From sequence record MW822007.1: a stretch of DNA of 64,000 bases. One strand, 5' to 3'. Positions 18,680 through 28,385 of this stretch are shown here, piece by piece (within the stretch, counting starts at the first letter, position 1; each line of letters opens with the position of its first letter). This DNA is from Escherichia phage BF15. The position numbers and the translations under genes are program-made. The notes beneath the pieces were generated by a model. The model had not been told where the DNA came from, searched no databases, and saw only the letters and a program-made list of their open reading frames with translations.

Positions 18680-18868
18680 TTAATCCTTAGTTAAATTTTC
18701 TAAATATGTTTTTAAATCATTTTCAGCTTTATCGATAGATTTTACTAATTCGTAATATGTTTCGGCATCTCCATATTCAGAAGATATTTCAAAAGACAAA
18801 TCCTTTTCTAAACTAATAATTTCACCAACTAAAAATAATATTTCGTTCTTTTGTTCGCGAGTAATCAT
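18680..18868 (-). CDS. tk.1: small helical protein
   Basis: 62 aa, MITREQKNEIL. Confidence 0.45.
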   Translation of the reverse strand: MITREQKNEILFLVGEIISLEKDLSFEISSEYGDAETYYELVKSIDKAENDLKTYLENLTKD

Positions 18869-19056
18869 AAGGAATTTATATAATTAATAAGTTCTTGTTC
18901 TTTATTATCGAATTCTTTAGAAAGTTCTTCGTACTCGTTTGCACTAAAAGGACCGCATTCATTACAAACTTTTTCCAATTCACTATTTTTATCCATAACT
19001 TCGTGGATAAGAGAAAAGAGTTTGTCTTTTTGTTCTTTACTTAAACTCATAACCAT
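18865..19056 (-). CDS. tk.2: small helical protein
   Basis: 63 aa, MSLSKEQKDKL. Confidence 0.45.
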   Translation of the reverse strand: MVMSLSKEQKDKLFSLIHEVMDKNSELEKVCNECGPFSANEYEELSKEFDNKEQELINYINSL

Positions 19057-19274
19057 GTCACCTTTAAGCAGTATTCTTCTACATGCTGTTTACGACCTTT
19101 CTTATCAATAAAGGTATATTCAACGAATGTTCCAATGTAGTCTTTATCGACATCATGTGGACTATTAATTGGACATTTAGTACGGCAAATGCGTTCCCAT
19201 TGACGAATAATTACTGCCTTATTCTTTGGGTCATACGGATGTGGATAATGTATATTCATAATAATGGTTCCCAA
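19047..19274 (-). CDS. tk.3: hypothetical protein
   Basis: 75 aa. Confidence 0.4.
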   Translation of the reverse strand: MGTIIMNIHYPHPYDPKNKAVIIRQWERICRTKCPINSPHDVDKDYIGTFVEYTFIDKKGRKQHVEEYCLKVTWL

Positions 19275-19723
19275 TCAACAATCACAATTTCTAATTTAGA
19301 GGAATATGTATCTAAAATCCCCTCAATAATATCCCAGTTCCCTTTACCTATGCCTGCACCAATCCTAGGCATATAGATTGTAGGTTTAATTAGTTTATTT
19401 TCACCAAACTCATTTAATTCTAACATACAATTCATTAAAGCGGAATACTCAAAATTTGGCCCTGGTTGAAATTGAGTATAAAGATTAAAGCAGCAAGCTT
19501 TATGAGTCCTAAAGTATTTTTCATAGACTGAATAAGAACCAAGTTTAGTTACATCACCCCATTCAGTCTGTAATTTATCAGCTTCCAAAATTTTAGGGAA
19601 AGCTTTGGTTAATTGACCTGCGACTCCAGCTTTCATCATGTGAAAACAATTACATCCATGCGCAATATTTTTACCTTCAGCGAAAAGGGCGACAATATCG
19701 CCCTTGATATATTTTACAATCAT
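19256..19723 (-). CDS. tk.4: macro-domain-like protein (putative ADP-ribose binding/hydrolase)
   Basis: GDIV...HGCNC...AGVAGQL and PRIGAGIGKGNW loops parallel macro-domain motifs. Confidence 0.5.
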   Translation of the reverse strand: MIVKYIKGDIVALFAEGKNIAHGCNCFHMMKAGVAGQLTKAFPKILEADKLQTEWGDVTKLGSYSVYEKYFRTHKACCFNLYTQFQPGPNFEYSALMNCMLELNEFGENKLIKPTIYMPRIGAGIGKGNWDIIEGILDTYSSKLEIVIVDWEPLL

Positions 19724-20067
19724 CTAGTACTCAATCCTCTATTATAAGAATCTACCAAACGGTCAACCATTGAATGACAAGCGGCTTTATCTTTCTCCTC
19801 CGCAACTGAACATTCTAAGGTATTCCACTTTTTAGCATATCGTTTTAATAATGTATCGTTTTTGTATCTGCTTGATTTATCTCTTTCTCCGTCTTTATAT
19901 GCATATATTAATTTCTGTGCAAATTCAGCTTGGCATGCTTTATTTTTCCCACAATAATCTGCCGCAGTGCGGTTTACATATTCTCTAATTTCAGTATATG
20001 ATGTATCTGCTGACGCAGAAGCAGAAAATGAAATTAATCCTATACATAAAACCAAAATTTTAGTCAT
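19720..20067 (-). CDS. secreted Cys-containing protein (vs position)
   Basis: 115 aa; signal peptide MTKILVLCIGLISFSASASA. Confidence 0.45.
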   Translation of the reverse strand: MTKILVLCIGLISFSASASADTSYTEIREYVNRTAADYCGKNKACQAEFAQKLIYAYKDGERDKSSRYKNDTLLKRYAKKWNTLECSVAEEKDKAACHSMVDRLVDSYNRGLSTR

Positions 20068-20605
20068 TTACTATTTCCAAAAGTTTATTATTTTTAAGGT
20101 AATTAGCCTTTTCTAGGACTTCAGAAGCATATTTAGAACCAGCTTTAACATTCCATCCCGAATTATAAGAGGATATTGCTTTTCTTATATCACCCTTATG
20201 TATATTTAACCAATAAGAAAGTTCAATGTACGCCCAGGAAGCTGAATTGGATCGTTTATTCAACATTCTTTTTATTTCAGCATCGGTCATATTATAACCA
20301 AGTTCCTTAACTCTTGCTCGCATAGTAGGCAAATAATTTTGGAACATTCCGTAGGCGTGATGCTTTGGTTTAGATTTTAAATTAACTCCGCCAGAGCTTT
20401 CTTGCCATAAAATAGCAGCCATTATATGACCTAATCCGCTCTTGTGGATATTTTTGTGTGTTTTATATTTTCCATCCTTAGAAAACTGTTCCCCGAATTG
20501 ATACGCGTAACGCATGTTATCGAGTTGGACATTACTGAAAGTATGCTCGGAGCTATGTGCCATCATTGAAATGGCCAATAGACCAGCGAGTAGTGCTTTT
20601 CTCAT
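20060..20605 (-). CDS. vs.1: secreted lytic transglycosylase-like protein
   Basis: signal peptide; SLT-like motifs WQESSGG, YGMFQ, SYNSGW. Confidence 0.6.
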   Translation of the reverse strand: MRKALLAGLLAISMMAHSSEHTFSNVQLDNMRYAYQFGEQFSKDGKYKTHKNIHKSGLGHIMAAILWQESSGGVNLKSKPKHHAYGMFQNYLPTMRARVKELGYNMTDAEIKRMLNKRSNSASWAYIELSYWLNIHKGDIRKAISSYNSGWNVKAGSKYASEVLEKANYLKNNKLLEIVND

Positions 20606-20612
20606 GCTTACC

Positions 20613-21074
20613 TCATTGAGTTTTAATTACTGCTTTAGAAGCCTTTCCTGGTAAACGACGACTGTTAATAATTGCCATCCTGCATTGAAGCGACGGGTCT
20701 TTGAACTTCGCATTAGGTTTACAAACTGTAAATCCAAGCCAAAGATTTCCATCTGTGATTTCTAAACGTCCAGGACGATATTCAACCCCATCAATAAAAT
20801 CCTCGTCAATGTCAGGACGCGGAGGCATACTCAGGAATTCATTAACTTCTAAAACATGGTCTTTTATTTTATGGAATAATTCAAAAACGTATGTCTCATC
20901 AATCTCCCGTTGAATTGCGCGATCAAGAAGATGTTGAGAATATTTTAGATGAAACGATGAGACCCCTGCTGCTTTTGATGCCTCACGAATCTCATTGTTA
21001 ATTTGACGAAACTCCGACTCAAAGTGACGACGAAGCTTATTTCGACGGATAAAAACTTCTGTGTTGATAGTCAT
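20613..21074 (-). CDS. regB: probable RegB endoribonuclease
   Basis: 153 aa, the length I recall for T4 RegB, in the expected slot between vs.1 and vs.3. Confidence 0.45.
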   Translation of the reverse strand: MTINTEVFIRRNKLRRHFESEFRQINNEIREASKAAGVSSFHLKYSQHLLDRAIQREIDETYVFELFHKIKDHVLEVNEFLSMPPRPDIDEDFIDGVEYRPGRLEITDGNLWLGFTVCKPNAKFKDPSLQCRMAIINSRRLPGKASKAVIKTQ

Positions 21075-21101
21075 GTTATTCTCCTCTTAACTGATAGAAA
21101 A

Positions 21102-21131
21102 ATTATACCACAGTCAAGAGGAAAAGTAAAC
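21102..21131 (-). promoter_or_regulatory. early promoter (GTTTAC, 15 nt, TGGTATAAT)
   Basis: consensus match. Confidence 0.5.
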
Positions 21132-21133
21132 AG

Positions 21134-21412
21134 TTATTCTTTAAATCTAATCAATTTATTCATAGACTTTGAAACTTCTGCACGAACCTCATGTAGATTT
21201 TTGAGCTGTTCAAGACGCTGCGTATAGTAAGCAATTTCATCTTCTTCGAGACAGTCCTGTGAATCTTCTTTAAGATAACGTGCATAGTCCTGAAAAGCGT
21301 TACGAACTACTTCCTGGAAGTCATCAAGACTTTGAATTTTCTTAGGAGCAGCAGATACACGACGAGGGGCAGTATAATACTCATAACCAAACCCTGCGCT
21401 TAATTGAGCCAT
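21134..21412 (-). CDS. vs.3: hypothetical protein
   Basis: start at ATG with GAGGAA SD ([13 protein letters not shown]). Confidence 0.45.
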   Translation of the reverse strand: MAQLSAGFGYEYYTAPRRVSAAPKKIQSLDDFQEVVRNAFQDYARYLKEDSQDCLEEDEIAYYTQRLEQLKNLHEVRAEVSKSMNKLIRFKE

Positions 21413-21678
21413 TAGTATTTTTCCTCTGGTTGGAACACTGCACGACAAGCCCACATACTGGCTTCTTTGAGTTTCGTTTTAGCAATAGTTAACTGATCGA
21501 GGCTTTCGGCGTAATTCTTCGCGAGTTCATCATCTTCACAGCTATCAAATGCTTCCCAAAATTCATCGTATAAAGCATCAAAGATAAGTCCTAAACGAAC
21601 TTCAGCGTCTTTAATAGCATTTACTTTACCGATTTTTTCGTCGGTATGTGGCTTATAACCTTTAATATCTTCAATCAT
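21412..21678 (-). CDS. vs.4: small protein in the vs.4 slot; candidate Acb2-like cyclic-nucleotide sponge
   Basis: 88 aa from ATG with GAGGAAG SD; assignment by synteny with T4 vs.4. Confidence 0.4.
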   Translation of the reverse strand: MIEDIKGYKPHTDEKIGKVNAIKDAEVRLGLIFDALYDEFWEAFDSCEDDELAKNYAESLDQLTIAKTKLKEASMWACRAVFQPEEKY

Positions 21679-21892
21679 ATTTGACTTCCTCACCAGTACA
21701 TAAATCGTATTCAACTAAACGAATAGGTTCATGAATGCCATATCCCTGAACAGAAATTTCTGTAGTAGGATAAATTCCATTAATATCACCCATGTTCCAT
21801 GCTTCGTTAAATTGCTGTTCGCCTGAATTACTAAACCATTCGGCGAAAGCATTTAGCACATCTTCAGAACCTTCAATAATTATCTTTGCCAT
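21671..21892 (-). CDS. vs.5: hypothetical protein
   Basis: 73 aa. Confidence 0.4.
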   Translation of the reverse strand: MAKIIIEGSEDVLNAFAEWFSNSGEQQFNEAWNMGDINGIYPTTEISVQGYGIHEPIRLVEYDLCTGEEVKYD

Positions 21893-22254
21893 TACAAACT
21901 CTCGGTAAAGGTACGAGCGATAACGTCGCGCTGCTGTTCCGGAGTCAGAGAGTTAAAGCGAACTGCATAACCGGATACACGGATGGTCAGCTGCGGATAT
22001 TTTTCCGGATGCTTAACTGCATCTTCCAGAGTTTCACGACGCAGCACGTTTACGTTCAGGTGTTGACCACCTTCAATTTTAACTGTAGGCTGTTGCTCAA
22101 TTTCAATTTCACGGGCATGCAAACCGTAGAAAATTTCTGGGTCTACAAAAGAGTCCTCTTTAAAGGTTTTAGAGACAATAATTCGTGCTTGAATACCATC
22201 TTCAAAATAAATAGTACCTTTATGTGTGCCTTCAAGAATTTGATATGCTTTCAT
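21892..22254 (-). CDS. vs.6: autonomous glycyl radical cofactor (GrcA/YfiD-like)
   Basis: C-terminal ~60 aa carry the glycyl-radical signature [25 protein letters not shown]. Confidence 0.8.
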   Translation of the reverse strand: MKAYQILEGTHKGTIYFEDGIQARIIVSKTFKEDSFVDPEIFYGLHAREIEIEQQPTVKIEGGQHLNVNVLRRETLEDAVKHPEKYPQLTIRVSGYAVRFNSLTPEQQRDVIARTFTESL

Positions 22255-22261
22255 ATAAACC

Positions 22262-22642
22262 TCAATTAGAAAATAAATTTATCCAAGATTGTTCTTTAAT
22301 TAAAAATGGCTCAGAATCATATGCCATTAAACTCTGTGTGATTAGTCCTTTAAAAGGCCCATCAATAAATTCCATGGTAAAATATGGAATTTTATTCATT
22401 AGCCGTGCATTAGGAGCAGTACATAAAACTCTGCATCCTTTGAATACACCTTTTTGTAATTTGTATTGCTTGGGATAAAATTCGCTCAAAATGTTGTTAT
22501 TTGCCAAAATTTCAAAATGATTTACCAATTTATTTTTAATAGTTTTTGGCGAAAAATAGAGATATTCGAAAAGCTGAGTGTCTGTCATCATTGCATTCCG
22601 ATTACGAAAAACTGTGGACGAGTAATACCACCAATACAACAT
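22262..22642 (-). CDS. vs.7: hypothetical protein
   Basis: 126 aa; start overlaps the upstream ORF by 55 nt. Confidence 0.4.
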   Translation of the reverse strand: MLYWWYYSSTVFRNRNAMMTDTQLFEYLYFSPKTIKNKLVNHFEILANNNILSEFYPKQYKLQKGVFKGCRVLCTAPNARLMNKIPYFTMEFIDGPFKGLITQSLMAYDSEPFLIKEQSWINLFSN

Positions 22643-23127
22643 TTAATATTACAGCAGCAGTGTACAGTGTCAATATGGACACTATAAATCTTATCCATAT
22701 CAGGAGATTTGACAGGCTCGTCAATTATATACAAAATTCGCGAAAGCGATAAACCTCTGAACTTGCTTCCTTTATTACCAATAAAACTGCGTACAGAATC
22801 AGTAAATAAACGAAAACGTATATCATCATTAGAATAACGCGAAAATTCCTTTTTAATGTTATTTGCAGAAATTTTAGCGTAAGCTGAAGTATTAGAAAGA
22901 ACAATAACTGTTCCGCCATCATACAACCAATTAGCAGCAAAGTTAGTCACAGCAATTGATTTACCGGATTGACGCCCACCATCTAGTCGAAGTGTGCAAT
23001 ACTGTTTAAGTAAGTCTTCAAATGGCGGGATATATTCGTTTTTACAAATTTCTTCTACTCTAGCATCAGAATGGTGTGTAAAAGCATTCATCAGGGATAG
23101 ATAAGGTCCAGTTAAAAATGTTCTCAT
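22588..23127 (-). CDS. vs.8: P-loop protein with Cys-rich tail
   Basis: Walker A-like GGRQSGKS; C-terminal HCCCNIKCC. Confidence 0.4.
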   Translation of the reverse strand: MRTFLTGPYLSLMNAFTHHSDARVEEICKNEYIPPFEDLLKQYCTLRLDGGRQSGKSIAVTNFAANWLYDGGTVIVLSNTSAYAKISANNIKKEFSRYSNDDIRFRLFTDSVRSFIGNKGSKFRGLSLSRILYIIDEPVKSPDMDKIYSVHIDTVHCCCNIKCCIGGITRPQFFVIGMQ

Positions 23128-23240
23128 TTAGTTTCTCTTTTAGGTTGGGCCATTCCGTGGCGCATGAATTGTCCATTTCTGTATTTACCCCTCCAAGTAA
23201 TTATGAATATACTATCACAATTCTAGGAGAAAGTAAACTG

Positions 23241-23543
23241 TTATTTACCTTTAATTACTTTAGCTGCTTCGATAGCCGCTTGCTGAAGGTCATCCATAGA
23301 CATACCGAATTTAGAAGCAAAGTTATCAATTTTCTTTTCGACAGCATTCAAAGGCTTGGCCTGTTTACCTTCATTAGCGCCAGGAAGAGCGAGAATACGC
23401 TCTTTGTCAATATAAAGGCTTACAAGTTTCTTACGGTCTTTATCGGACAAATCATGAAATGAATGGGCCTTTTTATTTATAGCGGCTTCTAATTTACCTG
23501 CACTCACTCGCGCTTCAGTAATAAATTCTTGATATGTTTTCAT
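23241..23543 (-). CDS. ipII: internal protein (IPII-like) with capsid targeting sequence
   Basis: MKTYQEFITE-A leader with gp21-type cleavage motif; 100 aa. Confidence 0.7.
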   Translation of the reverse strand: MKTYQEFITEARVSAGKLEAAINKKAHSFHDLSDKDRKKLVSLYIDKERILALPGANEGKQAKPLNAVEKKIDNFASKFGMSMDDLQQAAIEAAKVIKGK

Positions 23544-23584
23544 ATGTTTCCTTTAAATGTAAATAGGTCTGAGTATTATCTTTA

Positions 23585-24163
23585 TTAGGAATTACGGGCT
23601 GCATTAGCAACGGCGTAAGCGTACTGGACATTAGCGTCTTTAAACGTACCTTTAGAGGTATCTATTTCTGCCTTAAAGCCGCCTTTAGCCATAACATCGG
23701 CAAATTCTTTACGGAAAGCCATTGCATCAAGACCTTTCCATGATGATTTATGCTTGGCAAATTCAAGACCAGCGTAGTTGACAGCCTTAGCTAATTTATT
23801 ATCAATAACCCATTTACCGGCTTTAGGCACAAACTTCGGGCCTTTTTGTTTAGAGAACAGTTTTAAATTCCAGCGACGAAGGTCACTGTCGGCTTTAACA
23901 AAAGCTGCGTCTAAGTTACTAGCAACAACATCTTCAATATGAGCAAATTTAAGTCCGTCAACTTCAATATTTAGATCGTTACGCCAGCGAAGTCCTTCCC
24001 AAGCGAAGGCTTTAAAGTCGGAAGCCTTTGTAGCTAAGTACCGTTCAATAGGAGCTGTTTTAGGGTCAAAGCCGTTTCCCGATCGGTAGGTCCACTCATC
24101 TTTATTAATGCCTTTGGCCTTTACTATAGAAGCTTCGGCAATAAATTCTTGATAGGTTTTCAT
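23585..24163 (-). CDS. ipIII: internal protein (IPIII-like) with capsid targeting sequence
   Basis: MKTYQEFIAE-A leader; 192 aa. Confidence 0.7.
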   Translation of the reverse strand: MKTYQEFIAEASIVKAKGINKDEWTYRSGNGFDPKTAPIERYLATKASDFKAFAWEGLRWRNDLNIEVDGLKFAHIEDVVASNLDAAFVKADSDLRRWNLKLFSKQKGPKFVPKAGKWVIDNKLAKAVNYAGLEFAKHKSSWKGLDAMAFRKEFADVMAKGGFKAEIDTSKGTFKDANVQYAYAVANAARNS

Positions 24164-24191
24164 GTGTTTCCTTGTTTGTTTTGATAGAGTA

Positions 24192-24221
24192 ATTATACCA
24201 TATTAATACTTAAGCGTAAAC
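24192..24221 (-). promoter_or_regulatory. early promoter (GTTTAC, 15 nt, TGGTATAAT)
   Basis: consensus match. Confidence 0.5.
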
Positions 24222-24224
24222 CGT

Positions 24225-24485
24225 TTAAGCTTTACCGCCAGAAATAATTCCGAAGTTGTTAAAATCATATCCAATATCGTCAACATCTACTTTAGGACTT
24301 GCTACAACATAAGCAATTTCACTACGTTTTGCACAGGTGTTGATTTCTTTACCATCGCCACCTAAGAAAGAATACCCATTACGTTTTAATGAGCCAAAGT
24401 CTTCCGCATCACCAATGAAAGCTTTAACTTTAAATTTAGAACCTTTGGCATCTGCTTCAACGATAAATTCTTGATACATTTTCAT
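24225..24485 (-). CDS. novel internal-protein-like gene with capsid targeting sequence
   Basis: MKMYQEFIVE-A leader; 86 aa, Gly-rich body. Confidence 0.6.
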   Translation of the reverse strand: MKMYQEFIVEADAKGSKFKVKAFIGDAEDFGSLKRNGYSFLGGDGKEINTCAKRSEIAYVVASPKVDVDDIGYDFNNFGIISGGKA

Positions 24486-24491
24486 TTTTCC

Positions 24492-24595
24492 TTAGTAAAT
24501 TGATTTACCAAAGTATTTGTACCAAGTCGGACGTTGATCAATTTTTTCATCTAAGCGTGCTTGATTTATCGCAATGGACGCTTCGGACGGGTCAT
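24492..24595 (-). pseudogene. denV: denV remnant: start codon and last ~33 codons joined out of frame
   Basis: GGAGG-N7-ATGACCCGT (MTR) then stop after 9 codons; in the +1 frame ...[30 protein letters not shown] matches the T4 endonuclease V C-terminus as recalled. Confidence 0.6.
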
Positions 24596-24621
24596 AATTT
24601 CCTCCAAGTAGTTGATGAATG

Positions 24622-24652
24622 TATAGTATCAAAACCCTTGGAGGAAGTAAAC
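24622..24652 (-). promoter_or_regulatory. early promoter (GTTTAC, 15 nt, TGATACTAT) of the denV remnant
   Basis: lies inside the N-terminal part of track ORF 24492-24689. Confidence 0.45.
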
Positions 24653-24654
24653 AA

Positions 24655-25895
<1,241 letters not shown>

Positions 25896-25914
<19 letters not shown>

Positions 25915-26384
25915 TCAGTGATAAAGCTATTTAAATTTTGGGTATATTTCTTTTCATCATAAATCTTTTGCTGTCTGCGTAAACGCCATGGCATTTCAAT
26001 GAACATACGCCATATTCCTGATAATACTGCTGCTGTAAAAATATTAACAAGTATAGTTAAAAGAATCCAATCTCCTATTCTGTCCATTGGATTTTTTATA
26101 AAAAAGTAAAATACGAATGATGATATAGGAAGACTAATGATATACCACAGAAGAACCTTTTTATCTGTGAACCAATCAGCGTTCGTTAACTTAGCGCGAC
26201 CATTATGAATACACACGAATTTATCGTCTGTTATAGTAGATGGCTTAACTGGTTGATATCCCATTCTAAACTCCCTAATCAACAAATTTTTCATATCTTC
26301 GGAACAGCCATTCCAGTCAACTCTATCAACTGAAATGCCATCGTCCCCATCATCTAAATCATACCAACGAGTTTTTAAAATCAT
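25896..26384 (-). CDS. membrane protein, member of ECRK-tail family
   Basis: two C-terminal TM helices; ends ...SFITECRKLK. Confidence 0.5.
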
Positions 26385-26743
26385 TTGATTTTCCTACAAT
26401 CACTCACAAACTCTTCCATTGATTCTTTTTCAATATAAGACATGTAGTTGTTATATTCTTTTAATTGTATTTTGTAATCCTTTTTTCTTTGCCAATTTAT
26501 TTTAAAATTATCATAATGAAAAAATAGCATGGTACCAAAGAATGAAAATAATGAAATCGCTATAGTATAACGAAGTTCGCTCCAAACCTCTGTTATAATT
26601 GCTGAACTATCGACGTTTAAAATAAAACAGTCAATCATTAGTCCAATAAGACTACCCGCAAGAGCTGCAAATACTGATACGGCAAGAATTAATAGTGCCT
26701 CAGGAAACGAATATTTGACTTTATTTAGTTTTGGCTTTTGCAT
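26381..26743 (-). CDS. small membrane protein, member of ECRK-tail family
   Basis: two TM helices; ends ...EFVSDCRKIK. Confidence 0.5.
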   Translation of the reverse strand: MQKPKLNKVKYSFPEALLILAVSVFAALAGSLIGLMIDCFILNVDSSAIITEVWSELRYTIAISLFSFFGTMLFFHYDNFKINWQRKKDYKIQLKEYNNYMSYIEKESMEEFVSDCRKIK

Positions 26744-27138
26744 CGTGATTCCTTAACAAATTTCATAATTTCGTTAAATTCATACATATCTAGTTTAAGC
26801 TGGTGTTCCTTTTTAATCTTTTTACACTGAGCTTTCCATTCACGTACGCGTTTACGATAATGTCTTCCTTGATACCAGTATCCTACCCAATTTACAGGTA
26901 CCAATAAAAATGGAACTACTAATGGAAGAATTAACGTTGCTCCAAATATTACGCCAGATTCAATATCTGTCATAACGTCTATAACCATTCCAGCAATCAG
27001 TAGAATTACAAATGATACAGCTACCACAGGACCCATTAATACATCGGTAGAAATTATCTGGCGCTTTAGTTCATACTTCAAAGGTTTACTTGGAAGGTAT
27101 AGTGATGGCTTTGACATATTCTCTACATTCCTTAACAA
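26725..27138 (-). CDS. small membrane protein, member of ECRK-tail family
   Basis: two TM helices; ends ...KFVKESRCKSQN; N-terminus overlaps upstream ORF. Confidence 0.45.
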   Translation of the reverse strand: MLRNVENMSKPSLYLPSKPLKYELKRQIISTDVLMGPVVAVSFVILLIAGMVIDVMTDIESGVIFGATLILPLVVPFLLVPVNWVGYWYQGRHYRKRVREWKAQCKKIKKEHQLKLDMYEFNEIMKFVKESRCKSQN

Positions 27139-27694
27139 ATTTTTCTAGTAATAAATCGCTTTCAAAATTAGGATTTTTCACGAATTTATCAAAAAGATCA
27201 TCAATAATAGTCAAAATATTCTTTTTACTAAGAATACGCTTATTTTCATATTCCGTTTCAGAGTCAACTATAAGAGTAAAGAAATATTTCTTTCCCTGAA
27301 ATTTTACCGTAGTATCAATATAAAATAAATTTGACTTTTGTAAATTACGTTTAAACCATGCGTCACTTAAACTATAAATGCCAAGATAATCATAATCGTC
27401 GTTTAAATAACAAACTGTCCATTCAGGAGAAATGAAATCAGTAAATTCAACATCAAAATCACATGTCAATGAATGAATTGATTCAATACTGTTAATAAGT
27501 ATTCCAGGACGTATTAAAGACTTTTTACCTCTATAAAATCTTCCAGAAAGACTTTCGTCAGTTTCATACGAAGACCCCCAATAGTAATTACGTCCTTCTG
27601 CCATACGTTTAAGAGCATTCAGTAATTGGTCTGGAACATCAACCTGTCTTTGGAACTCTTCAAACATTGAATTGAAATCATTTTGCATTCTCAT
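27086..27694 (-). CDS. hypothetical protein sharing the KFVKECR tail motif
   Basis: 202 aa, no TM; C-terminus ...EKFVKECREYVK. Confidence 0.45.
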   Translation of the reverse strand: MRMQNDFNSMFEEFQRQVDVPDQLLNALKRMAEGRNYYWGSSYETDESLSGRFYRGKKSLIRPGILINSIESIHSLTCDFDVEFTDFISPEWTVCYLNDDYDYLGIYSLSDAWFKRNLQKSNLFYIDTTVKFQGKKYFFTLIVDSETEYENKRILSKKNILTIIDDLFDKFVKNPNFESDLLLEKFVKECREYVKAITIPSK

Positions 27695-27735
27695 TCCTAT
27701 TTACTCCAAGTAATAGGGGCCGAAGCCCCTTATCA

Positions 27736-28329
27736 TTATTTCAGAGAATTGATGTATTCCTGAACATCGGCAGAGGTAGTTTCAACCCCGGAAATATTAC
27801 CGTTAAAGGTTTCAACTCGAGCAAGAGTATCTTCAATATCAACCTTAGTTAGCGCTGCGATTTCAACTACATCATCAGCAGTACTAATTCCAAGGGCATT
27901 TGCCGCACGAGTTTCACGGATATATTCCAATTTAACTGCAAGTTCTTGGCGAGCATCATCTAACTCAACTACTTTCTTGGCGATTTCAATTCGCATTTCA
28001 GCATAACCATCAGCTTTAGTAGTCAACTGCTCAGCTGTTCGACGATATAGTAAACCGAGTTTAGCATGCATTGTTACATCTTGACCTTCGGAAAGAAGTC
28101 TGCGAATTTCACGCTCTTTTGATTCGGCTTGTCGATTCTTTTCGATAACAAGTTCACGAATACGTTTTTCTTCATTAATAGATTTAACAGAAGCAGTTTT
28201 TAGGTCTTTAATTTTATCAAGTAATTTTGCTGCTGCAGCAGTATACTGTTCTTCAACAGATAAATTTTTAGCCATAGCAGAACCAAGTTTAGTGCGAATA
28301 AACTCAACAATTTTCTTCAGTGTGTTCAT
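27736..28329 (-). CDS. long coiled-coil protein with weak PspA/IM30-like character
   Basis: 197 aa, predicted almost entirely helical, heptad pattern. Confidence 0.4.
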   Translation of the reverse strand: MNTLKKIVEFIRTKLGSAMAKNLSVEEQYTAAAAKLLDKIKDLKTASVKSINEEKRIRELVIEKNRQAESKEREIRRLLSEGQDVTMHAKLGLLYRRTAEQLTTKADGYAEMRIEIAKKVVELDDARQELAVKLEYIRETRAANALGISTADDVVEIAALTKVDIEDTLARVETFNGNISGVETTSADVQEYINSLK

Positions 28330-28385
28330 AGTATTTCCTTAGGTTGATACAATTAGATAATATCACGTTTTAATAAATTGTAAAC

